Source: Plasmodiophora brassicae
Taxonomy: Eukaryota
Reading direction: 5' to 3'
Assembly (NCBI GenBank): GCA_036867785.1
Contig: CP145424.1
Coordinates: forward strand, 248,001-312,000
Length of the DNA: 64,000 nucleotides
Part shown: in pieces, positions 11,668-24,051 of the stretch
How the letters are laid out: every line of letters starts with the position of its first letter
Numbering within the stretch: position 1 is the first letter of the stretch
The notes under the pieces: model-generated
The model's input: the letters and a program-made list of their open reading frames with translations, nothing else
Told to the model about the DNA's origin: nothing
Databases searched by the model: none
Position numbers and translations under genes: made by a program

Positions 11668-12540
11668 ATGGCGTTCCTCGTCGGGCTGGCGTCGCCCGAC
11701 GCCAGCGTCGTCCGCGTCTGCCTGCAGACGCTGCTGGGGCGCCTCGCCGACCTGACCGACGAGCAGTGCCAGGTCGTCGTCCAGCGCCTGCTGTCGATAT
11801 CCCATCCGGCGCTGGGCGCCAGCGTCGTGGACGCGCTCGTCACGATCCTGCCGACGCTGTCCAGCATCGACGCCGACGCGCTGGTCGCGATCGTGACGCG
11901 CGTCGACGCCGGCCACCTGTCGCCGCTCGTCCTGACCGCCGCGCTGTCGTCGCCGGCGGGCCCGGACGCGTCGCCGGCGATCACACGTCGCGCCCTGTGC
12001 ATCGCCATGCGCCTCGCCGACCTCCACCTGCTGTCCGTCGCCGTCGTCTGCTGCCCGCTCGTCAACCTCCTGTTCGACCTCGACGCGGTCATCGCCCTCG
12101 TCGAGCGGCGCCTGCACGACGACCCGGTCATGGCCGTCTCCGTCATGCACGAGCTCGTCATCCGCGTCCCCGACGTCGCCGCGCGCCTGCACCCGATGGC
12201 GTTCGCGCTGGCGGCGCGCAACCAGCACCGCCCGATGCTGATCGTCCAGGTCGGCGCCCTGCTCGCCGAGGTCGCCGATCGCGTCCCGCGGCACCTGATC
12301 GCCCTGTTCCTCGGCCAGTGCACCGAGCTCGCCTCCAGCACCGCGTTATCCGTCAACGCGCGCGTCCACCTCTACGAGGAGGCCATCCGGATCACGACCC
12401 GCCTCAGGGACGACGCCGCCGCCGTCCACCACGCGACCGCCATCGCCAAACAGGTCGCAGGCGACCCCGTCCTGCTGCATCGCCTGCGACGCCCGCTGCT
12501 GCGCCTGATCGACGACGCGCTCGACGGGCACTGCCCCTGA
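11668..12540 (+). CDS. Hypothetical all-helical (ARM/HEAT-like) protein
   Basis: Uninterrupted ORF with strong GC3 bias and Leu/Val/Ala-rich helices. Confidence 0.65.
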   Translation: MAFLVGLASPDASVVRVCLQTLLGRLADLTDEQCQVVVQRLLSISHPALGASVVDALVTILPTLSSIDADALVAIVTRVDAGHLSPLVLTAALSSPAGPDASPAITRRALCIAMRLADLHLLSVAVVCCPLVNLLFDLDAVIALVERRLHDDPVMAVSVMHELVIRVPDVAARLHPMAFALAARNQHRPMLIVQVGALLAEVADRVPRHLIALFLGQCTELASSTALSVNARVHLYEEAIRITTRLRDDAAAVHHATAIAKQVAGDPVLLHRLRRPLLRLIDDALDGHCP

Positions 12541-12619
12541 CCATTCCCAAACACAATACAGCGACCAGGGCCCACGCTCTGCCCAGCGGATTCGATCGAT
12601 ACGGTGTACCCGTTGTAGG

Positions 12620-13636
12620 ATGGCGAAGCGGAAGCGGTCGCCGCCCGGCGCCCTGTTCCGCCATCAGCTGCTGGCGGTCGCCACGAAACGTCGTCGACGT
12701 TGCGCCGGGCGCTGGGCGACGATCGGCGACTGGCTGTGGGTCGACGTGCTGTCGTTCCTGGAGCTGGGCGACCTGCTCTGCAGGGTGGCGCCCAGCTGCC
12801 ACCGGTTCGCGTCGCTCGTCTACGACGGCGACCTGCTGGGGCGGCAGCGCACGCTGGACCTGTCGGCGGTGCCCAGGCAGATGGCCCGGCGCGACCAGCA
12901 CGCCCTGTTCGGCCGCCTGCCCCAGGTCGACACGCTGATCGGGTACGCGCCCGTCACGACGAACGCGACGCTGACGATGGTGCCCGACACGTTGACGCGG
13001 CTGCACGTCGCCGGGTGCACACTGCTGACCGACATTGGCCTGGGCGTCGTCGCCCAGCACTGCTCGCTGACGTCCGTCGTCCTGGACGACTGCCCGATCA
13101 CCGACCGGTCCATACGGCTGCTGGCGCTGTACTGCAAGGCGATGCAGGCGCTGTCGGTGAAGGCGTGCAAGCACCTGACGGACACGGCGGCGTCGTACAT
13201 GGCGACGATGACGCGGCTCACTGACGTCAACGTGGCCGACTGCGACGCGATCACCGATGCGGGCGTCCTGCAATTCCAGCGGCTGCCGCGCCTGGCGGCG
13301 CTGTCGGTGGCGGGCCTTCGCGTCGACCACCAGACCGTCCTGCTGGTCTGCAGCCGCCAGCGGCCGAACCTGCGCCACCTGGACCTGAGGGACTGCCCGA
13401 CGATCCGCAACGAGGACGCGCGCGCCCTGCGCGTCCTGTTCCCGTTCGTCACGGTGCAGTACGGCAAGGGGGCGCGGCACCGCCGCCGATCCGCCTGGTG
13501 GTGCTCCGGGCTGATCCCGCCGGTCGCCCTGATGACGATCGCCGTGCTGGGCGCCGACTACCCGACGCTGAACGCCATCACCGGCGTCGCCGCCGCCAGC
13601 TACGTCCTGGCGCAGGCCATCAAATGCATACAATGA
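12620..13636 (+). CDS. F-box/leucine-rich repeat (LRR_CC) protein with hydrophobic C-terminus
   Basis: F-box-like DWLWVDVLSFLELGDLLCRVAPSCHRF; repeats GCTLLTDIGL, DCPITDRSI, ACKHLTD, DCDAITDAGV. Confidence 0.85.
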   Translation: MAKRKRSPPGALFRHQLLAVATKRRRRCAGRWATIGDWLWVDVLSFLELGDLLCRVAPSCHRFASLVYDGDLLGRQRTLDLSAVPRQMARRDQHALFGRLPQVDTLIGYAPVTTNATLTMVPDTLTRLHVAGCTLLTDIGLGVVAQHCSLTSVVLDDCPITDRSIRLLALYCKAMQALSVKACKHLTDTAASYMATMTRLTDVNVADCDAITDAGVLQFQRLPRLAALSVAGLRVDHQTVLLVCSRQRPNLRHLDLRDCPTIRNEDARALRVLFPFVTVQYGKGARHRRRSAWWCSGLIPPVALMTIAVLGADYPTLNAITGVAAASYVLAQAIKCIQ

Positions 13637-13732
13637 TGTGTCGTGTCTGTTACGCACCGTGTGCCGCGGCCAACGCCATCTGGGTTGGCGCTCGAGCGCG
13701 CGTGTTTGTCGGGTGGGTGTCTTGGGGGGCGA

Positions 13733-13896
13733 CTGGGGCGGTGACGACAGCCAACTGGTGGCGCCTTGCAGCTCGCACGCAGTCGCACTGGGGCGGTGAC
13801 GACAGTCAACTGGTGGCGCCTTGCAGCTCGCACGCAGTCGCACTGGGGCGGTGACGACAGTCAACTCGTGGCGCCTTGCAGCTCGCACGCAGTCGC
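13733..13896. repeat. 55-bp tandem repeat x3 upstream of CCT7
   Basis: ctggggcggtgacgacagtcaactggtggcgccttgcagctcgcacgcagtcgca-type units start at 13733, 13788, 13843. Confidence 0.92.
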
Positions 13897-13982
13897 TCAA
13901 TACCGTAAATAGACGTATCGGCGATAGTCCGTGGCGGTGTGCGTTGCTCGATTGGCCCAACGGCGGTCGTCGATCCGTCATC

Positions 13983-15836
13983 ATGATGCAGCCGACCATT
14001 ATCCTGCTGAAGGAGGGCACCGACAAGTCCCAGGGCAAGCCGCAGCTGATCTCGAACATCAACGCCGTGCAGGCCGTCACCGACATCCTCAAGACGACGC
14101 TCGGCCCGCGCGGCATGGATAAACTCATCCACAACAAGGAGGGTCGGTTGCCGCCTGCCCGCCGCCGTCGGCTACGTGATCCGTTAACCCCTCCCCCGTC
14201 GGACCAGGTGTCACGATCTCCAACGACGGCGCCACGATTATCAAACTGCTGGACATTGTCCACCCCGCGGCGAAGACGCTCGTCGACGTCGCCAAATCGC
14301 AGGACGACGAGGTCGGCGATGGGACGACCAGCGTGTGCCTTCTGGCCGGTAAGTACCGCCGACGTTGTGTTCGTACGGTTCGCACCTGCTCATATGATAG
14401 TGGTGCAGGCGAACTCCTGAAGGTCGCCAAGCCGTTCGTCGAGGATGGCGTTCACCCGCAGGTCATCATCCGCGCGTACCGTCAGGCGCTTCAGGCCGCG
14501 CTGGACAAGATCCAAGGTTGCCAATCGTTGCTCGTTGTCGTCTGCTGAGCGCCGCCGTGACTAACGGTTCGCCCAGACCTGGCCGTCCAGGTCAACACGG
14601 AGGGATGCGATCAGCGCCAGATGCTGGAGCGATGCGCCGAGACGTCGCTGAACTCGAAGCTGATCTGCGACTACAAGTCGTTCTTCGCGCCCCTGATCGT
14701 CGACGCGATCATGTCGCTGGACCCGGCCGAGCTGAACCTGGACCTGATCGGCATGAAGAAGATCAACGGCGGGTCTGTCACCGATTGCTTCCTCGTGAGG
14801 GGCGTCGCCTTCAAGAAGACGTTCAGCTACGCCGGCTTCGAGCAGCAGCCGAAACTGTTCAAGCAGCCGAAGATTGCCGCGCTGAACGTCGAGCTCGAGC
14901 TGAAGTCGGAGAAGGAGAACGCCGAGGTCCGCATCTCGAACCCGGAGCAGTACCAGTCGATTGTCGATGCCGAATGGAAGATCATCTACGACAAGCTGGA
15001 GCTGATCGCGAAGAGCGGCGCCAAGATTGTCCTGTCGCGGCTCCCGATCGGCGACCTGGCGACCCAGTTCTTCGCGGACCGTGACATCCACTGCTCCGGG
15101 CGTGTCCCGCTGGACGACCTCAAGCGTGTTTGCCAGGTGCGTCTGACGCCGTCATGTCACATCATCGTCCCCGTCTAACCGTACTGCCCCGCAGGCGACT
15201 GGCGCCAAGATCCAGACGAGCCTGCAGAATATCAACGAATCGGTCCTGGGGTCCTGCGAGCTGTTTGAGGAGAAGCAGATTGGGTCGGAGCGGTACAACG
15301 TGTTCACAGGGTGCCCGACGGCGAAGACGGCCACGCTGATCCTCCGCGGCGGCGCCGAGCAATTCATCGCCGAGACCGAACGCTCGCTGCACGATGCGAT
15401 CATGATCGTGAAGCGGACGCTCCAGCACAAGAGTGTCGTTGGGGGTGCGGGCGCGATCGAAATGGAACTGTCGCGTTACCTGCGCGAGTACGCCTCCAAG
15501 ATCAAGGACAAGCGCCAGCTCATCATTGCGGCGTACGCGCGCGCTCTGGAAGTCATCCCCAGCCAGCTGTCGCACAACGCCGGGTTCGACAGCACCGACA
15601 TCGTGTCGGCTCTGCGGGCCGCCCACGCCAACGGCAAACGATGGGAGGGCGTCGACATCGACAACAGCGGCACCGTCGACGCGTTCCAAAGCTTCATCTG
15701 GGAGCCGGCGCTCGTCAAGCAGAACGCACTGGCGGCAGCGACCGAAGCCGCCTGCGTCATCATGTCTGTGGACGAAACGATCCGGAACCCGAAGAGCGAA
15801 GGCCTGCCCGACCAGGGGCGCCCGCAGATGATGTAA
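13983..15836 (+). CDS. CCT7: T-complex protein 1 subunit eta, multi-exon
   Basis: [75 protein letters not shown]. Confidence 0.97.
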
Positions 15837-16004
15837 CTGAGGAACGGTTCGCGACGAGCGCGCACGGATATCCCTTGACTAAAACGAAGGTCACTGAAGG
15901 CCCGTCCGCGGCCTCAACAACAACGGCCGAGCGAGCGAGTCACGCCACAGTGCGACCCGACCGCTGACTGTGGGGCGCGCGCCCCCCCTGCATTCGCTCG
16001 ATCG

Positions 16005-16466
16005 ATGACGCGCTTCTGCGGCTGTGTGCCACCGTTCACGGCGCTGGTCAGCTTTGCGGTGCTGGCGTTCACCCGGGCGGCCCTGTACGCGTTCGCGGCC
16101 GCGAGGTACCCCGAAGTCGACAGCGTACTCGCCCGCGTCCTTCTGGGCGTCCTGGCCGCCGGAGAGATCGCGCAGTGCATCGTCATCGCGCTCGCCATCC
16201 AGAATCGCAAACCGTTCGCTGGCGCCATCGCGTTGAGGGTCGTCCTTATGGGGCTCTGGGTTGCGCTGTTCGTCGTGATCTACGTGGGGGCGATACCGGT
16301 ACGCCTGCGATCTGCGGCGGCGTCGGTTACCGAGGTGTACTGGTCCTGGGTGCTGGGCTGCCTCTCGTTTGCGATCACGCGCATCGTCGACGTCTACGAG
16401 CTCATCGTCCTGGTGCGGTACACGGCACCGAACTCGCGGACGAGATCCGCTATTCTACGACAATAA
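16005..16466 (+). CDS. Small multi-pass (about 4 TM) membrane protein
   Basis: 153-aa ORF with four hydrophobic segments. Confidence 0.6.
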   Translation: MTRFCGCVPPFTALVSFAVLAFTRAALYAFAAARYPEVDSVLARVLLGVLAAGEIAQCIVIALAIQNRKPFAGAIALRVVLMGLWVALFVVIYVGAIPVRLRSAAASVTEVYWSWVLGCLSFAITRIVDVYELIVLVRYTAPNSRTRSAILRQ

Positions 16467-16564
16467 CGCGAGGCGTGGTCCCTAAATTCGCAATGCATTG
16501 ACGAGTCGGTAACGAGCGAAGGAATGCGGTGCGGGCTGGCCAGGCGCACGATATGCTTAACGGG

Positions 16565-18212
16565 CTAGCGCAATTCGGCGACGTAATTCGACGGGATCCA
16601 ACCCTTTCTCAGGACGCCTTCTTGGCTGCAGAGCTGGCCGAACCACCATTTCGAGTCCGGCTGCACAGACAACGGTCAGCAGGGGCACGTTCAAACGGGG
16701 GGGCAGACCAGCGGCACCTTGCGGATGAGCAAGTCGATCACGTCGCCCTTGCTGAAGGAGAGAAAGTTCTCTCGGGTCGACTCCAACGAGAACAACGCGG
16801 TGACTTGGCCGATGACGTCGGGCTGGGCAACTATCGGCCCGGATGTCTTGCGATGAACAGCGGACCCTGTCGGCATCCTGGAGCCAGGGTGGCCTGGTTG
16901 CTGCTTGGTCGGTTGCTGGTCGCTGGGCGAATGCGTTCGACCGGGAGCCTTGTCCGAAAACGACAACGAGTGCATCGCAGCAGGAAGAGAGGCCGGTGGC
17001 GACAGCGCCGATGATGAGCACTCCCTTAGCCACAGTACAGGTCGTACGTGGTTCGCCGTAAACTGTTCGGTAGGCCCCGCTCAAGAACGGTCTCAACGAT
17101 CTGCAGCGTCGTGGACGGCTTACAATATCCCAGTGATCTTTGTGAACGGGACGGCCTCGACACAGGTAGCTGAACTGGCGACTGCGCAGGGTGGGCATCT
17201 CGCCACACAGCTGCTCATGGAGGTCATCAAGCGGTACGCTCGGACGAACACGAACGGTGGTCACGGGGAAGGACGCGCTCTCCCACTGAACAGCAATCCG
17301 TACCACAGGGTCGGCATCTGAGCGCAGACGTCGTCAGAGAAACCCATCGTCAACCGAAACCCTCGCCGATACGACCATCGTTCGAATCCGATACGCTGCC
17401 CCCAGCGTCTCGAACAGACGGCAACTCTGACAGCGACTTCCTGCTCCCCGGCGTCGCCGACGCTAACGGCTCTTCATCGAGAATGGCTCCCCCGAACAAG
17501 TCGAAACGGCAATGCAAGCAGACTCGCACTGGGTTCTTGCCCTGTTCGGAGCGAATAAGCCGCACAGGCCAGTGATCATGGTAACTGCACCAGGCCTACC
17601 TGCTTCCGGAAGCTAGGAGGGACATCCATGGACGCTGTGCAGTCGGAGCAATGGATCGATCCACAGCAATGACATATGGCGCCTTTGCCGCAATCGCGAT
17701 CACAGATATGACAGAAGGCGTGCTTGCGAGGCAGTGACCAGACAGGCGCGTGATAATGGATCCGCCCCGCTTCGTCGACGGAGCGGCGAAGGCCCGGGCG
17801 TGACAGCTCGGTGATCCCCGGGCCCATGTGCTTATCGCGTTCGTCCACACACGACTGCACACATGCGAAGCACACGCGAACTGGGCCTGCGAACGCGCCT
17901 ACGTTGGCGTGACTGCAGCAGGCGGCATGCTCACCCGGCACTGACCTGTCTTGGCCTTCCGCCTGAATTCACCCGGGACATGGAACTTGCCGGTGCACAA
18001 CGAGCAGAACAGCTGCCCGCACAGCCTGCAATTCTGGCAACGCGATCAGCCGCGGGGCCATTGCGCACGCCCTCCCCCGCCGCCCTGCCTACGTGCGAGT
18101 GCGACCGTTGCAGGCGCTCCAGGCACCGCGTGCACTTGTTGGCATCCTCGGACCAGTCGGGCACGGCAACGTGCTTCGTCCAGGGCAGGATGGCGCGCCC
18201 GTTATCGACCAT
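16565..18212 (-). CDS. Tandem FYVE-like zinc fingers + ubiquitin-like segment + SH3 domain protein, multi-exon
   Basis: WSEDANKCTRC..SH..C..FCSLC..PVRVCFAC; second finger ending PVRVCLHC; C-term ALFSLE..ENFLSFSKGDVI..EWWFGQL..KGWIPSNYVAEL. Confidence 0.8.
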
Positions 18213-18506
18213 GATCCCAACGATGCACGCCGCGCTGCTATCGGACGCGTGTCGTGACGGTAGCCGCCAACGCAAACGTTGGCGCCGCCCGCCAAAATGC
18301 GAAGTGACGCGCCCCGGTCCGGTCGATCACCCGTCGCGGTGCCACCACTACGCCCCCCACTCGGCACTGGCGCAGGGCGGCACGAGCGCACGGCGCGACT
18401 CCAAAAATCGCCACCCCGCTCAGTCGCACTTTATACGACGGTGCCCGTGCCGCCACGCCAGTCCGTTCCTGCGCTGGACTGCCGCCACATCGAGGAAACC
18501 GCGCGT

Positions 18507-19163
18507 TTATACTGGTAGCGCGGCGGTCTGTAGTGCAAGTGAGCCCGGTAGCGTGCGGCCAGCGAGGGGATCATACGGCAGGACGCGAGCAATCGTGGAC
18601 GATTGAGCAGCAGCAACATGCGGGTCGGTCGACGCGGGCGAAGGGTCATGTGGTCATCCGCCGGCGTGATCTGGACGTTCCAGGATGGGGACAATGGCGG
18701 CCTCCAGCTTGTGCCGTTTGATCGTGGCAGTGGCGCCGTCGAACGATAGACAGTGGTCGCTTAGTACGTCGCCTTTCGGCGTCCTGACCTGCAGCGACGC
18801 TGTTGGGGATCCGGCCGTCAACTCGGCCAGCAGGTCCGCCATTTCTCGTGACGTCTTCGTCCTACAAAAGACATTGCAATGACGACCACGGTGGCCCCCG
18901 GCATCCCCGACGCATTACCTCCAGGTACAGGCCTCCCCCGCCTCCACAGTCCAGGTGCCGATGGCACGATCCCGCCTGACGATTATCGGCGACGCGCCAC
19001 GAGGCGTCACGACCACCTGCATCGGCCCGCGGTCCGCCAGCACCGTCCAGCGCGCACCTCCGGGCGCCTTCCCGGGCACAGCACTGCCCGCCGGCTCGCT
19101 GTACACCTGCGACTCCAGCAACGCCACGTTCAGCGACGACGACGTTGACACCGCCGATCCCAT
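18507..19163 (-). CDS. Hypothetical protein with possible N-myristoylation (MGSAVS), multi-exon
   Basis: Short minus-strand ORFs separated by GT..AG gaps; no family recognised. Confidence 0.45.
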
Positions 19164-19450
19164 CTGCCCTAGCGCCGGACACTCCGTCCGACAAGAAACG
19201 CCGCGTTTCGGCTACCGAGGGCAGTCTTCACGACGGACGTTCCGATTCCCCGCCTCGATGCGTCACGTTCCATTTTTGGATGACGCCGACGGGCGGGGCG
19301 CCCGTCGGCCCAGTGGACTGCATCCCGGGGGGCTGTAGTTCCTACCTGCGGTGCGTCGTCCATTTTTGGGTTCGTAGGGTGTTTCGCGGGGAATAGGGGG
19401 CACGGCGACAGCGGGCGCAGCCACCGTCGGCAGACGGTCATCGGTGGGCG

Positions 19451-21046
19451 ATGATGTGGCGAGCGTTGCAGTCCCGGGGCGCGCGTCGCCTGCTCTCGTC
19501 GTCGTCCGTCGAGTACTACCCGGGCGTCAAGCTGACGGCGTTCACGAACGAGATGGCGTTCCAGAGCGCCCGGTGCGACATCCCGACGTACCGTGTCGTG
19601 GACGAAGACGGCAAGCTCCTGAACGCGAGCCACAACGTCCAGGTCGGGCGGATCACTGCGCAGGCAACGCCGAATCCGTCATCTGACACGCGCCGGGTAG
19701 GTCGACAACGGCACCCTCGTTGAAATCTACCAAGGCATGAACCGCTTACGGGTCCTCGACACGATATTCTGTAAGGCCCTCGGCCATGATCACGTGCAGT
19801 GCGCCCTCTGAACATGGCCGTCTGTAGATGACATTCAGCGCCAGGGGCGTATCTCGTTCTACGTAATCGGGCGGCAGCTTTGTGATCCGTTGCTGGCTCT
19901 GCTGACATTGGCGGATGCAGATGACAAGCACGGGGGAAGAAGGGCTCCAGTTCGGGTCGGCGGCGGCCCTGGCCCCCGATGACGTTGTCTACGGCCAGTG
20001 TACGTCTCCCTTTATCTCATCAGTGGGTAGGCTTTGCCCGGTGACATGCTGTGAGTCAGATCGGGAGCCGGGCGTGATCATGTGGCGCGGGTTCACGCTG
20101 GACCAGTTCGCGTCGCAGTGCTTCGCGGCCCACGACGACCTCGGCAAAGGGCGGCAGATGCCCGTCCACTACGGCAGTGCCGAGTTGCACTACCACACCA
20201 TCTCGTCGCCCCTGGCAACGCAGATCCCGCAGGCCACCGGCGCCGCCTACGCCATGAAACGTGACAAACAAGGTCCTTCCTCCATCGCATGTCCCGGGCC
20301 CCCCTCAGGCGACTGACCGGGCGAGGTTGGATAGGGCGCTGTGTCATATGCTACTTTGGGGACGGCGCTGCATCGGAAGGCGATTTCCACCCAGCGTTGA
20401 ACTTTGCGGCGACCCTGGATTGCCCCGTTCTCTTCTTCTGCCGTAACAACGGGTACGCGATCAGCACGCCCATCGCCGATCAATATCGGGGCGATGGCGT
20501 TGCGCCTCGTGCCGTTGGGTACGGCATCGAGGCGGTGCGAGTCGACGGCAACGACGTCCTTGCATGCTACGAGGTTACCAAGGAGGCGCGCCGACGCGCC
20601 GTCGAGGAGAACCGTCCGATCCTCATTGAGGCCATGTCGTACCGGCGTGGGCACCATTCCACAAGCGACGACTCCACAGCGTTGGCCACCGGAAGCGTCC
20701 TCGGATGGTCGCAGCGCGGTCTAACCGTCGATTCAGGTACCGATCAGCGGAAGAGATCCAGTCGTGGCAAGAGGGCGATGACCCGCTGCGGCGGCTGCGA
20801 ATGTTCCTGGAAGAACGAGGGCTTTGGGACCAGGACAAGGAGAAGTCGCTGCTGGACACGACGCGTCGGCAGATTATTGACGCGGTGAAGGTCGCCGAGG
20901 CGAAGAAGAAGCCCAGCATCGAGGAGCTGTTCACCGATGTGTACGCCGACGTGCCTCACCACCTGCAGAAGCAACGCGCTCAGCTCCAGCAGCATCTCGC
21001 CAAGTACCCGGACGTCTACAACATCGATGACGTTTACCAGTCGTAG
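19451..21046 (+). CDS. BCKDHA: 2-oxoisovalerate dehydrogenase E1 alpha, mitochondrial, multi-exon
   Basis: [68 protein letters not shown]. Confidence 0.97.
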
Positions 21047-21130
21047 CCACGGTCGTCGTCATAAAACGAGTGGATAACGAAGACGCAGCCTGGAGAGGCC
21101 GACGTATATTACGAGGTGTACACGGTGAGC

Positions 21131-24051
21131 TTACAGCTTGCTCTGGAGGCCAGCAGTCGTCCCCGCCGTGCTGACCTCGCCGGCCGAGTACATTTCCTTG
21201 ATCTGCTGCTCAAAACGGATCTTGGCGTCGTGGCGCTTCAGCTTCAGGGAAGGCGTGAGCAGGCCGTTCTCGACGGTGAAGTCTTCGTCGACAAGGACGA
21301 AGCGTCGAACCTGTTCGTAGCCACGCAGACCCTCCTTCTGAGCGTGTTTCCTCATGTCCTTCTCAAGCAGGGCCCGCGAGTCGCCCTTGAACCCGTGCGT
21401 ACTTGTGTACTTCACGATCTCCTCCTTGTTGGGGACGATAACTGCCACAAGGTAGGTCTGGAGGCTATCACCGTAGACGAATATGTTGGTAATGAAAGGC
21501 GACATCTTGTACACGCCCTCGATATGCTCAGGGCGAATGTACTCTCCTTGGGCTAACTTGAAGATATTCTTAACGCGATCGATGACCTGGGCGCAGGATA
21601 TCAATACGGCGAGTAAAGCGGCAAGAAACCATATACCTGAAGACGACCATCCGGCCTCCACAAACCGACGTCACCAGTTTTGAACCATCCATCCGACGTA
21701 ATCGATTCCTTGGTCACATCAGGCTACGAAGCACGTCGAACGTCAGATATCATCGTGGACGGCGAACCATCACCCGAACCTGCTTGTAGTACCCGAGGAA
21801 CACGTTGGGACCACGAAGCCAAATCTCCCCCCGAGGATACGGTTTGTCAGTCGTCAGGTAGTTCATCGACGGTACATCGACAAGCATGACTTCACAGCAA
21901 GCTGCCGAACCGGTTTAAAAGGTGACGACCCGGCACTCACCGAAGGAACTTACAGGAGGGAATACCAACGTGCCCGTAGTCCGTATCGGACAGGGGCGTC
22001 AGCGTCGTCATGGCGCAGGTCTCCGTCAGGCCATACCCCTCAATAAACGCTGAGCGCGTACAGATCCGCATGAACGTTGCAATGCGCGCACTGAGAGGCG
22101 CACCGCCAGAGACCACTGTCCAAAGCGCCGCGTCAGATCACAATACGTTTCTTGGTCTACGACAGATTGGCTACGTACTCAGGGTCAAGTTGCCGCCGAA
22201 CTTGTTCGAAATCTTCTTGAACACGAGAGAGTCAAGGAGACCCGAGTCTGGATTCGGGGCGTTGGCCTTCAGCGCAGAAAGCTTGGTGTCGTAGGCAGCT
22301 TGGAACAGCTTGCGCGTAACCCACCCACTTTCGTTGACCTGGGCAGTGACCTTGTCGTAGATCCGTTGCCACACACGAGGGACCCCGGGGAATACAGTCG
22401 GCTTGAGGATCTCAACGTCGTCTAGGAGCGTTGCCGTATCGCCACTGTAGTATCCGATGCCGATGCCCCGAGTCAATGCCGACAGCTGGGCGATCCTCTC
22501 GTAAATATGTGCAAGCGGCAGGTACGATATGGTCGTGTCGACGCCGGGCTGAAGTCGTTGCGTTCCACCTTGCAGCAGGTGAAGATTAAGTGCAGCCGTG
22601 GCGGCGACCAGGTTTCCGTGCGATAGGATTACGCCCTGCGTTCCCCCTTAGATGGAACCCTAACGCATCTTCCACACCTCCGCACCTTCGGCTTGCCAGT
22701 CGTACCGGACGTGTAGCAGATGGAGACGATGTCTTCTGGTTTAGTGGGCACCCCTGCAGATGATGGCCTTGACGATCCCTCTCTGTGCACAATACCCCGT
22801 CAAACGTCGTAGGAACAGGGGTTCCAGGTAGCGGCACCTCTCTATTTGCGACAAGCGATGCGTGAAGCCCGAGCCTTTGAACGCGCGATCAATGGGAAGG
22901 TCGTCCATCAGGACGACGTACTTCAGGGAGGGACATTTCGAGCGGCACTTTGATACTTGGGGCAGCTGACGTAGCCGATCAGTGGCGTGCGATGGTTGCG
23001 GCAGCAGCTGGGTACTACGTACCATGTTTTGGCTGACGACGACCGCTTTGACGTCGGCGTGATTGATGATGTACTCGATGACGTCGGCGCCGAACGTGTC
23101 ATACAGCGTGACAGCGACAAAGCCGAACATCATGCAAGTGAAATCTGTGATCGCCCACTCGGCCCGATTGACCGACATGATGCCGACCTTGTCGCCCGGT
23201 TGCAGGCCCAGGCCCGACAACCCTGCAGCGAAGTTCCTGCACCGCTTGTACACGTCTTGGTACGACTGCCAGGAGTACGAATGTCGGCGCTCCGTATGCT
23301 CCTGTGTGCAGAACAATTACGACAACACAGCAAACGGGCACGTAGCGCAACCGCGACGAACGTCATTCCAGTCGCGGGTGCCGAGGAACTTGAACGAGGC
23401 GCATTCTTTGAACGATCGCTGCAGGACGCTCGCCAGCGTCGTGTGCGCCGAATCCAGGCTGCCGATTGGCACGGGGACGGATCGATGCGCAGGCCCACGT
23501 CCAGGGACCGTACTGGGAATTTCGTACCACAGCCGGAGGCGGGGTGGGATCGGGCACGTCCCGTCGGACAGTGGTGACCCGTTGATGAGCGTCAGGACGT
23601 GGGCCTCGGCAGGGAGCTTCGTTCGGCCAGCGAGGAGGAACTTCAGGTCGGCGATCGTATCGGCGTGATCAACGGTGACGGGCACCGCGTCCCCGATAAA
23701 CGGCTCAACTGGACAGGGATCAGGCGCCGGGGTCATTCGTGGCGTCCGCCGAACAGGTACCTGACACCGTAGCCGACTCGGAGCGGTTGCGGACAGAGCA
23801 CGTCAGCTTCTGAGGAACGCTGACGTCCGATGCGCTGTGCACGCAGAGCAAGCCGTGAATCGGTGTTCAGCCATCCACGCGGACCCCCATTATGCTTACG
23901 GAGCGATGCGAAGGCGCTCGACGGGGATCGACGCGGCCGCCGCGACGGCTCGCCGGATCTCATAGTACGCAAACGCGGGGTGGCCGCCGACCGTCACCGA
24001 GATCGGCGGGCGGCCGTCGACGGCGGCGATGACAACAGATGGCCCGACCAT
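21131..24051 (-). CDS. Long-chain acyl-CoA synthetase with N-terminal ubiquitin-like segments, multi-exon
   Basis: [73 protein letters not shown]-term SKL; 5' extent inferred. Confidence 0.9.

Noticed and set aside
11463-12938. 491-aa Arg/Pro-rich ORF
   Set aside because: Alternative frame of real genes caused by high GC
13733-13896. Possible CRISPR array
   Set aside because: Contiguous repeats with no unique spacers, no cas genes, eukaryotic context
12404-14263. 619-aa minus-strand ORF
   Set aside because: Antisense shadow of the GC3-rich F-box/LRR and CCT7 genes
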